This document shows positions 43,695-64,000 of a stretch of DNA of 64,000 nt, piece by piece. Both the position numbers and the translations under genes were made by a program. The notes under the pieces were generated by a model. The model was given only the letters and a program-made list of their open reading frames with translations, had not been told where the DNA came from and did no database searches. Each line of letters begins with the position of its first letter. Within the stretch, counting starts at the first letter, position 1. Source of the DNA: Amoebidium appalachense (lineage: Eukaryota > Protista > Ichthyosporea); contig CAVNZM010000001.1 of NCBI GenBank assembly GCA_963693365.1, forward strand, positions 270,344-334,343, read 5' to 3'.

Positions 43695-45116
43695 GGGAGG
43701 GGGAGGGGGGGGGGGGGGAGGGGGGGAGGGGGGGGGGGAGGTGGGCAGGTGTATGCGTCGTGTGTGGCACTGTGTGCATGTGTGCGTGTGTGCACGGCGT
43801 CACGCACGTGTGTGTGTGTGTGTGCACGTGTGTGTGTGTGTGTGTGTGTGACAAGTGTGTCGTGTGTACTCCTTCAAACAAAACCCCACACGTACAAGTC
43901 ACCATTAACACGGATATCAACAAGTATGAAATGGAAGATCGAAGCCAATAACGAACTAAAAAGTCTCAAAAGAAACAAACGAACAATATCTCTAACCGAA
44001 AACGAAAACAAGGCAAGTGTGCAGTAGGCTCAGTGCCCGGATTTCATGACGCTGTCGGACACGTTACAGCTAGAAAAGCAATGCCATACAGTGCACATAC
44101 GCATTCCCCCCCCCTCCCCCCCCCTTCTCCCCTCCCCCTGTCCCTCCCCCCTCCCTCCCCTTCGCTGCCGGACACATTATAGAAAGGCAATGCCATGCAT
44201 TGCACATATGCATATCCCTTCCTCTCACCCCCCTCTCCCCCCCCCCCACCACCACCACACCTACCCCACCCCAACTCCCACCGTGAAGGTGGCCCACGGC
44301 CACCCACCTACCAGGCCCTTCCCACAACACATACACGCCTCCCACACTAACTATCAGAAGCCTTTGGCAAAATATTTTTGATTAGGTCGATAACAACAGC
44401 CTTGGTTTCGATTGAGAAAGATAAACAAAACACGGTAATACCCTTCTATTTCTCATTAAAAAACCCATTTGACAGAACAACTGCTTCTAAATAAGAAAAA
44501 AGGCAGGCGAACCATTTTCATGTTTAGGTGCCACGTTTTTGATGTTTCATGCACTGTGTTCCTGCGCTTGACCATACGCATGGATGGCCTCCGCACGGCC
44601 TGGCAATGCACAGGCAGCCTATCTGTCAACCCTTGGTGGTGCGTAGGCGAGGCCACGCGCAATGCCATAGTATTACATATATATCCCCCCCCCCCCCCCC
44701 CCCCCCCCACCCCCACCCCCTCCCTTCCCGCGCACCCCACCCGGGAAACATTTTGAGCTGTGGGTTGGAAGGTGTGCAATGTATGTGTGTGGGGGGGGGT
44801 GTGTGGGTGTGGTGGAGGAAGAGCAGGGGGGGGGGGGGGGGGGGGGGGGGGAGGGCAAGGCCGGGGCAGGCCTGGGGGGGGGGGGGGGGATGGGGGGAGG
44901 GGGGAGGGGGGGGGGGAGAGGGGGGATGGGAGGGTGGGGGGAGGGGGGAGGGGGAGGTTTGAGCAATACAATATTGTGTCTGAGGCACACATGTGTCAAG
45001 CGTGTAATGCGAGTTTGCGTGTGTGTTCGGTGACACTGTGTGTATGTGTGCGCGCGTGTGCGTTCGTTTATATGTATGTGTGTGTGCTTGAGTGCGAGTG
45101 TGTGCATGTGCATGTG

Positions 45117-45182
<66 letters not shown>

Positions 45183-46253
45183 TGCATGCGCTACAAAACC
45201 AAAATAAAACCAACCCTAGGTTTGGCCGAATGTAAAAACGTAAATAAATTTGAAAAAAGCTCTTAGATTATAGAAAACCAAACGCCTAAACAACAACTTT
45301 TGCCGGGTAAGACATGTGAGAACGCTCAACCAAAAAGCCAAAACATGGCAAGCACACACTCAACATTGCGATTTTGTGCTCTGTTGGGCGCGCCTTCGAG
45401 TTTTCATATACATACTGCCTGGCCTGTGAACGCTTTGCCAGCCACACACGCATATCCCCCCCCTCCACCCCCCCCCAAAAAAACATCTCCCACGGCTCCA
45501 CAGTTCACAGCCTAGAAAAAGACCGGACAGGCAGGAGGGGGGGGGGGGGGTGAACCCTACGGCCCAGGAACCTCAAGATTCTAGACCCTAGCCGTGATTT
45601 ACCTGTCAAAGTGAGTGACCCCTGTACATGTGATACATTATGGTGCCAAGTTTAAGAGAACCGAATATTATCGGTATAGCATAGCACAGACCATAGCTAC
45701 AGGAGGGTCAGAGGCTGCACGATGCACTGATAACGGGCGGGCTGCGGTCGTCGCATGCCCACAGAGCAAACTGACGGTCTACTAGTTTTTATTACAACCT
45801 CTTCTTTATGTATTTGCCCCCCCCCCGGAAGTTGCTTGCCAATTTAGACATCAAGTGAGGCCTTTCCTGCCCACAATATTAGCCTTCACAAAAAAAAAAG
45901 AACATTCAAATCACATGTTATGGTATCATGAGAAGTAGTTTCCTGCACCCGTAAAAAAACAAAAACAAAAAAAAAAAGAAAAAACCTCCCGTAAAAAAAT
46001 AAAAAAAGTAGGAATATAGCAGCATGGCAAAAGCGCCCCAAACAGTAGCACCCCATGTGACAGGACAAAAGAAGGAACAAAAACCATACACCCCACCCTC
46101 CAAGGTCAGAAGACAATCACTCTTACAGGCACAACCAACACCCGCCTACTACGGGCCGCCTAGGTACCGAACATCGCATGTGGCCAACTATGGAACACGC
46201 TGCTCTGACAGCCCAGCACTGGTGCACGTGGCCCAACATGGAACACCCTGTTC

Positions 46254-46413
46254 TCACGGGCCTGCACTGCGGAAGCGGCGCATCCTGAGTTCCTGGTGTT
46301 CATCGAAGCTGCCGACCAAGCCGATCACAGCCAGGCGCAGCTCTCGGCTCTTGTAGCCAACCTGCACACCATATAAGATTCATAGACACACACCCCCCCC
46401 AAAAAAAAAGAAG

Positions 46414-46454
<41 letters not shown>

Positions 46455-46984
46455 CTCTAATGATAGGTCTGTTCTGAGTGTCTCTCACTGGCATATTTGT
46501 TTAGGTTTCTCTGTTCTGGGTTTTCACTTTCATAGTCTCTGCCGTTTGTACTGTGTTTTGCAATCGTGTTTCGCGCCCATTCAGGCCCTACCACTTCATC
46601 ACCATCTCATGATCCTGAGTGCCTTCCACCTAGCCTCTGTCCAAGTGCATTCTTCCTGCACTTTTTTTTTTTTTTTGTTTTTTTTTTTCTTGGGGAGGGG
46701 GGGTAGGTTTTTGTTTTTTGATGTCACGCTTTTGTCTTTTCGATGTCTTCACTTCAATAATACCAACAATCTAATGCTGCATACCCCTCAACCCCCCCCC
46801 CCCCCCCCCCCCCCCCCCCGGGCGCAAAACAAAGCACACCACACACAAACCCTTTCCTGTTGTCCCACCAGCACCAAGCTTTGCGGCATGAAGCCCCTTT
46901 CTCCTCCTCAAACTTCTCTATACACAAGTAACCATACATCATTCCGTTGTCCCCTCCCCCCCCCTCCCCCCCCCCCACACACAC

Positions 46985-47021
<37 letters not shown>

Positions 47022-47290
47022 ATCCCCCTTCGCCCTTCGCCCTCGTCCCTACGCTACCACAAGAGAGACACACGGGTGCAAACAAGCAGCAGCTCGCACC
47101 TGGCCGTCGATGAATGTGGCCAGCACATGCAGGTCCTCGCTCAGCAGCACAAAGTCCGCATCGCAGCCAGGGTCCAGCCTGCCCTTTGTGTGCTGCATGT
47201 GCAGCAGGACGGCCGGTACAAGACTGGCCGCCTCAAGCGCCTGGGCTGTCGTGCAGCCCGTGAACTCCTTGAAGTTGCGCACACACGTGG

Positions 47291-47362
<72 letters not shown>

Positions 47363-47493
47363 TGTGTGTATGTTTCTGGGTGTAGGGGATGCAAGAGGAT
47401 CAGTTGGGGAGGTAAGTAGGGCAAGGTGGACAGGGAGATTGGGTAGCACGGGAATGAAGGCCAAAGAGAGGAACAATATATGTGGCACAAAAC

Positions 47494-47532
<39 letters not shown>

Positions 47533-50480
47533 GTGTGTGTGGGGATGGGGGCGCGGTGGGGGAGGGGGGGGGGGGGGGGGGGGGGAAGGGGGCGGAGGGA
47601 GTGTTAAAAACGGGAGCCATCCGGAAAGTGTGTAGGAGAGACCCATAGAAGCATCCACACATGTATCTAATGTTTTGTTTTTTGTTTTTTTGAGGGGGTG
47701 GGGGGAGGGGGGAGGGGGGGTACTCGTGATTCTCAAGAGAAATAGGGAGGGTTGTCTGTGCAAACCGTGACTAACAATGCCTGAAGGGGAAAGGAGGGAA
47801 TGGGAAATGAAAACTACGGGGGGAGCAACGGGCACGACACGGAGGCCCTGTGGCACAAACAATCGAAAAAGAGACGTGTGCGTGTTTGTGCACAGGCATG
47901 GGCATGAGGGCAGGTGGGGGCCATTGTAATTGTGATCCCCTAATTTCACCAGATCTGGGGGCAGCCCGTTTGCACCACATCATTGGAATACTAAGAAAAG
48001 CAAATCAATACACCACTCACCATATCAACGGCACTGCCGGCCAGTGTATCAGTCCCCGCCACAGTGGCCCTAATACCCTTCTTCTCCACATCCATGTCAC
48101 CCAACTTGTGCCGCCCCTCAGGCAGACCCATGATGGCCGTGGCATCGGTCACCAACATAATTCCTTCGGGGTGCGCGTGGTACGCAAGGCGCACGGATGT
48201 CGGGTGCGTGTGGATCCCATCACAGATGAGAGTGTAGGCAGGGCGGAACCCAACATCACCAATTAGACCGACGGCACCGGGATCACGATGGTGGAAGGGA
48301 GACATGGAGTTGAACAGCCGGGTTAGCATGCACGCTCCAGCCTCTACGCCTGCTTTGGCCTCATCATACGTGGCACGGGTGTGGCCGATTGAAGCAATCA
48401 CCCCCTTGTCTTTGAGATCGCGGATCGCATCTACCGCACCGGGAAGTTCGGGGGCCAGTGTGACGATGGACACGTGTTCCACTGAGCCGTAGCGCTCCAG
48501 GAGGCTGGCAAGGCCCTTCTCTGGGGTGGCAATCTGTGCAGGGTCGTGGGCACCTGCAGAGAACATGAGGCGGGGTTGACACAAGATCTGGGTGGTCTAT
48601 CATGAAAAGGGGGAAAGGTGGCAATCTAGACAGCAGGAAAACGTGTTTGGCAAAGTAAAGCAGGGGGAGGATCAGGTCTGGGGGAGGGGGAGGGGGGAAG
48701 GGGGGGGGAGGGGGGGAAGGGAGGGGGAGGGGGGAAAAGGGGGCATAGAGAATGCCTGCAGGTTTAATCATTTAGTTACGGGGGGTGGTGGTAAGGCAAA
48801 GAGGCCCTAGCCTATGCACTAGTCCTTTCATCCTTGACTTCTAGCTACCCATTTCTTGCGTGCCGGTTAGAGCCTAGGTTCCCCCACGACGGCTGTACGG
48901 TGCCAACAGAAAGAAACCCGAACGTCAGAGGAAATAATGGAAGAAAACATAGCCAACTGTTCTCTAGTCCAGAGAGGAAACGGGGGGGGGGAGGAGGAGG
49001 AGGAGTAGACAGGGGGGGGGGGGGGGGGGGGGGGGAGGATTTGTGTCAAGATGCAATAATCTTTGGAGTGGAGATAGAAGTAGGGGTAGAGGAGGGTGAC
49101 GGGGGACGGTAACCAACCGGCCTTTTCCGGGTTGATGAAGGGCCCATCCAGGTGCACACCAAGCACTGTGGCCCCCTGGTCGGGCCCACCGGGGTAGCGG
49201 CGGAACAGAGGGAGGGTGTGCTTGTACTTGTGTGCCGGTGACGTCACGAGGGTGGGGCAGAAGGCCGTCACACCGTACTGAAGAAGCTGCCGTCCAACCT
49301 GTGTGTGTTTGTGCATGTGTTCGTGTGTGTATGGGGGGTGTGTTCACGTGTGCATGCGGCTGTTCCAGTGTGTGGGCAAGCAAGCAAGACCCTGTGCCTG
49401 TGCGTGTGTCGCGGTTTGTAAGCACGTGCTTATCTGTGTATGTGCACCTGCACGTGTTTGTGTGTAGGCGGTGATAGGTTCGGGTGTTGATTGTTAAGCA
49501 GGACAAGGTTAGAGAGTGAAGTGAAGTTTAAGGGAGGGGAAAGCAACACACTTGCACGTACACCAACGCCTTGGATCATGTCATGTATTTCTAGGTGGAA
49601 ACTTTAGGCGAGTGCGAGCAGGATGCACGTCGAGCAGGGAAGAAGGTATAGTATAACTGGAGTGTCGGGAGGTGAGGGGAGGGAAGGACGGGGAGGGAAG
49701 GGGGGAGGGGGGAGGGGGGAGGGGAGGGGTTAGCCTTGAAGAACGGATGGGTTGGATGCTTGTGGGAGGCAGGAGGAGGGAAGGGCATATAGAAGACTAT
49801 ATTCAACAGAAGATGTTCTACACTTCACCCTTATAGAGCACCTGTACCAAGCGAAAGCCGCAGCAGTCGCATAATGTAAGCATCTTTGGTCAAAGGCATA
49901 CACACAAACCTTCAAGCAACCACTTTCAGCTGCAAATCTACAGGCAAACTCGTGCGCAGTCGAAGCAATCATGCCATGAAAACAAGCGCGAGGAATTATT
50001 CTTTTTAAAAAAAAGGGGACAAAAATCTTTCTCCTTTCCAACTGCATCAACAGCCACAAACTTCGTCCTACAGATCTGACAGACTCTCAACGAAGTCGTC
50101 TTCTTTAGTCTAACCTTCCCCTCACCCCCCCCCCCCTCCCCCCCCCTCCCCCCCCCCCCCCCCACACACACACACCCCTCCCCAAACCTTAAACGCTCCA
50201 GGCGACACCCACCACCCACCTGCTGTAAATCCCTGAGAGTCACGTTCGCGTTGCTAAAATCCACGCCAAATCCACCGTTAACCTGCAGATCAATAAACCC
50301 CGGGGCCGCGATGCTCCCGTTTCCATCCACCGTTTGGTAATCCACATGGGTCAGTTCGCTACGGCTAGGTGCAGCAATAATTTTCCCATCTTGCATCCAC
50401 AAGTCCTCCCATTCCAACTGGTGGTTACGCAGAACACGTACGTTGGTAAAACGTGTTACCACACCCCTACCGTCCGCCAT
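46254..50480 (-). CDS. AMDHD2: N-acetylglucosamine-6-phosphate deacetylase (NagA/AMDHD2) homologue with substituted metal ligands
   Basis: Exons: 50480-50220, 49298-49118, 48553-48021, 47291-47100, 46361-46254 (TGA). Motifs: APGFIDLQVNGGFGVDFS, GVTAFCPTLVTS, GVHLDGPFI..EKAGAH, VTLAPELPG, SIGHT, TRLFNSM..FHHRDPG, ICDGIHTHP, LVTDA, TLAGS, KGRLDPGCDADFVLL. Confidence 0.93.
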
Positions 50481-51815
50481 CTGCTTGTGTTTTTGTTGCG
50501 TGGTTTTACAAAGGTGCAGATCTAGAGCAAGGACTGAAACGCTGACTGAATGCAAGAAGCCCCTAGGATGTAGGATGTTTTCGTTTGTGATGATGTCACC
50601 CTAGCTCACTTATCCAGATCTGGTGTTCCAGAATATTATTGTTGGAAAATGTCTGCCGAAGAAGTTAACTGTTATGGTACGCAATACCACAAAAGTTAAA
50701 TAATTTTGAACTTTTCTTTATTATATAATAAATTGCTAACTATTAATTCAATAATAGTGTGGATTTTGAGTTGGGCTCCATATTTGCTTCTCTATATGCT
50801 TGCAACAGCCAAGCTTTGCATGGGCAGCAGCATTTACATTTAAAATATTTCGCGCAGCCACTGAAAATTTGAAAACTTTTGGGGCTGGATGCGATGGTGT
50901 ATTCCGGAAGATGCGTATATTTATACGGCGAATAAAAATACAATAGTTTGCATCTTATGTGTTGTTAAGTGCAAACAAGCATAGTTCATATGTACATAGG
51001 GGTTAAATGGACTATCCAGAAGAAAGAAACCATCGTATTATTATGCCTTTTGCTGCTTCAGCAACCTGGGTGTAGCGGGAAGTGTAGCGTTACATGATTG
51101 GTCAGATACTCATCTTGCAGGTATTGTTACATAAATGTCATAATCGTCATTGTAGCAATGTAGTAGAAAAGGCAATGTTTATCAAAAATAGTTCGCAAAT
51201 GATATTTTTTTTGTTTCGTCCCACATAAGTACCAGTTGCTCAAACAAGGATGTTCGGCCCCTTTATCCTGAACCTGAAAGAACAACATTTCAGTTCACAT
51301 ACCAAATATGGTCACTGAACTCTTGGTCCTTTCTATTGGCTCAAGATCACGGTTCTTGCTTTCTTAAAGAATCTAAACCTTCTTGATTCACCTGACGTCA
51401 CGAAAGATAACAATTTGAGGGTTTGGCCAGTCAGTGTACCGTCTACACATGCTAGACAGGAGCTCTGCATTTTGGCGGGAAAATGATTGATCCCCCCGCC
51501 CATTCGCATGCAAGTCTACCGCCTACCATGCAAGTCACTTGCCTCCTTGAGGTCGGCTCTCCTGTGATTCCGCTTCCGCTTCCGCCGTCAGTATCATACA
51601 ATTTTTCCAGCTCAAAGAAGGCAGTGGCACACACTCGTTTTTTGTAGAATTGGGAAAGAGCTAAGATAGTCACGATACATACCTTCTCAGTACCCCTTAG
51701 TCTAGATGATGTGTGAGGCTTCACATCTTACAGAGCCAAGTTCACTCAACTCGCAGGAGCACTACTTAGTTCCATAGGCGTGAGAAGCCAAATCAGGCAC
51801 CTGCAACACGACATA

Positions 51816-51994
51816 ATGACCAGCCAGGGTGCTCCACGGCCCACTGTTGCGCAGCTGCGGGAGGAGCTAACGTACCTTCTTGAGCTCACAGAGCATGCTA
51901 GGGAATTGTATGAGCGCTTTCGAGAGTACCAGGCACTGCTGAGAGAAAAGACCGACGACCTCGATGGTGTGCTGCCCCCCCCCCCCTCCCCCCT

Positions 51995-52025
<31 letters not shown>

Positions 52026-52298
52026 GCCCCTTTCCTATTCTCTACAGAAGATCATCAAACCCCCCAGTAACATGTGTGTGTGTGCGTGCGCACGCACCGT
52101 GTGCCTGCGTGTGTTTCATGGCTATAAACTCACCTTCTTCCTTTTTCTTCCCTGACCATTTTCACGCTCACTCACAAGTGCGTCGTCTACCCCTCTCCCT
52201 TTGATTTCTCCAGTTCTCTCACCACTACGGACACACCGTCTCTTTCGCTCCATCACTCTGACTGGAGTACTCCTCCTGGCCTCTCTAACCAACCCCCC

Positions 52299-52332
<34 letters not shown>

Positions 52333-52685
52333 AGGCACTCTTCCTGCCGTGCGTTGTTCCCTTCGCGCTTTATGAAGGCTGAATCATTACAGCACCAAAA
52401 CGTTTTCCGCCCAAGTTCTCGTGTTCTTAGCGGGCGCAGCTCATTGGCGTAGCTTGCGTACTTTCATGAAAGCTGCCACGCACAAAAAGATGTCCCTTGA
52501 TGCAGATGCACTAGGTTTGACTTAACACCGAAGCCTCCTCCTCTCCCTCCACGCCTGGCGCCCCTACTCCGCTTCCCCCCTTTCCCCCCGCGGTATGCTC
52601 ACACCTACCCCCCGACACATGTGGTGGGACATCTAAACTCTTCACAAGTAATCCCCTCTTGCCTGCCCCTTTTGACACCCTCCAC

Positions 52686-52721
<36 letters not shown>

Positions 52722-52856
52722 ACCCATCCATTCCCCCTTTCCTTTACACCAGAGAGCAAGTTTGTGATGGAGCGGTGGCGGTTGGCCTTCAAGACTGCGT
52801 CGGCTCTCTCGGAACAAGACCTGGTCATCAAGTTGCCTCGAAACCAAACCTCGTAA
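51816..52856 (+). CDS. Small (84 aa) coiled-coil protein resembling DASH/Dam1 complex subunit Dad2
   Basis: Two in-phase exons, 51816-51966 and 52753-52856, encode MTSQGAPRPTVAQLREELTYLLELTEHARELYERFREYQALLREKTDDLDESKFVMERWRLAFKTASALSEQDLVIKLPRNQTS. The Dad2 likeness (EL..L; VMxxWxxxF; terminal LV) is judged by eye only. Confidence 0.65.
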
Positions 52857-54155
52857 CATGGCTGCCCAGCGAACAAATTTATTTAAAAACGCTCTTTTGC
52901 TGGCTTAAGACTTTAGCTTTCTATATAGGACAGGCTAGAGTTTGGACTGTCTAGACAGCGTGCATGAATGGTGGTATTGGCTAGTGTACTTAAACTGTGC
53001 TTAGTTTCGGCTACTCTCTCGTTCGAGTCATGACTGTGCGTGAGGGCGGGTATGAATGAACAGACTGACGTACACACTCAATAGATAGGCGCGCATATAA
53101 ATGACACCCACCTCCCGATTTTGCCCGGTGCTGGTGCAACCAGCTGATATCATACTCCCAACCACGTACATACCCCCCCTTCCCCCCCCCCCCCCCCCCC
53201 CCCCTTTTCTATGAGCCTTTCGATTTAAACCGGCTCCCTTGCTTTGGCCGAACCTACCTTTTGATACCCATTATTTCTGCTATGTTTCTAATACCCATAA
53301 CAGTGGTACTTCCCGCGTGCGCGCGCGTGGAGGGGGTGGGGGGGGGGGGGGGGGGGGGAGGGGGGGGGAGGGGGGAGGAAGGGTGGGGGGGGGTGGAGGA
53401 TGGGTTGTCGTCAAAAGCCTTTCACAATCCATATTGTGTAAACAATTGTATAGCATGCTTTCATCAAGAAGGGGATTGCTTTGTGTTTAATGAATGCATA
53501 GGCTGACAGGCCAGTGGTTACCGTGGTACTCACACAAACAACTGTATGCAAAGCCACTTAATTCTTGTATTGTCCCATTGCGCGCGGTTGCATTCAGAGA
53601 ACATCTACTGTGTAGATCACAAAAGTGAGAGGGACAGAGTGTCGAACTAAAGGTGGGAATTGGCTTGTAAATACCCATATGAAGTAAAACAAAACATCAC
53701 ATAATCGGTGAGCCTGGGCTGTGGACGCAGGACACCAGCGGCTGTGTTATCATTTGGCATTTCGCATTCGCGCTAATTAAAGATCGTTTCTTGCATGTAT
53801 ATGTCGTGGCTGTGCCTCGTAGCAAAAGCCCATGAAGTAGTACGGAAATCATGATTGAAGTTCAGAGTGCAATGGCAGCGGCAAATGATGTCAAAGCCAG
53901 TGTCCTGGGTGCATGTTTTCATGCTGTGTGCGTGTTTTGTGTGTAGGTACATGCATGTACATTTGTGCCGTGATCGCGTATGCGTTATCCACGCCTGCTA
54001 TACGGTTGTGTGTGTGTGTAAGTAACGCTCGGGTATTGCACATATGTATCGCCATCGTCACCATCTACCCAGCAATCGTCGTCAGCATCCATACAGCTGA
54101 ATAAATGTCACATAGCCCCAATCCAAAAGAACAGAAAGAAAAACACAAGGAACAA

Positions 54156-63766
<9,611 letters not shown>

Positions 63767-63780
63767 CTACCAGCATCCGC

Positions 63781-63870
<90 letters not shown>

Positions 63871-64000
63871 TATGTGTGTGTGCTTGTGAGTGTGTGCATG
63901 CTTGAGTGTGTGCATGCTTGAGTGTGAGAATGTGTGTGTGTGTAGGAAGGGGAGGGGGGGCGGGGGGTGGGGAGGATATCTGCAGTACACATTGCCGGCT

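Noticed and set aside
46177-46270. ~48-bp degenerate tandem duplication spanning the AMDHD2 stop codon
   Set aside because: Simple local duplication; no evidence for readthrough or function.
52970-53045. tRNA-like GTTCGAGTC
   Set aside because: No T-stem or cloverleaf pairing; no tRNA or rRNA genes were found in the window.

Overview
Eukaryotic, intron-rich genomic DNA packed with (CA)n/(GT)n microsatellites and poly-G/poly-C tracts. The gene content suggests an opisthokont, possibly a unicellular holozoan; this is inference only. Almost all long ORFs in the track are repeat artefacts. By joining GT-AG exons in phase I reconstructed six genes: Tudor-SN/SND1 (-, 3' part off-window), a PHF7/G2E3-like ePHD-RING-PHD protein with extra SIM-like and PWWP/Tudor-like modules (-), ARMT1/DUF89 (+), an AMDHD2/NagA homologue with two substituted metal ligands (-), a small Dad2-like coiled-coil gene (+), and an ankyrin-repeat/SOCS-box gene (-, 5' end unresolved). 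Mobile DNA comprises a 4.1-kb P-element derivative with a frameshifted THAP domain, a nested LINE>mariner-type MITE>LINE stack, Harbinger and piggyBac MITEs, an unclassified TIR element, and a young retroposon-like repeat with covarying RNA stems and a poly(C)-poly(A) tail. The most unusual signals are tandem arrays built from 3' splice sites, acceptors formed by (CA)n with no polypyrimidine tract, the structured repeat, and the probable NagA pseudoenzyme. All calls are by-eye and need homology searches and RNA-seq.
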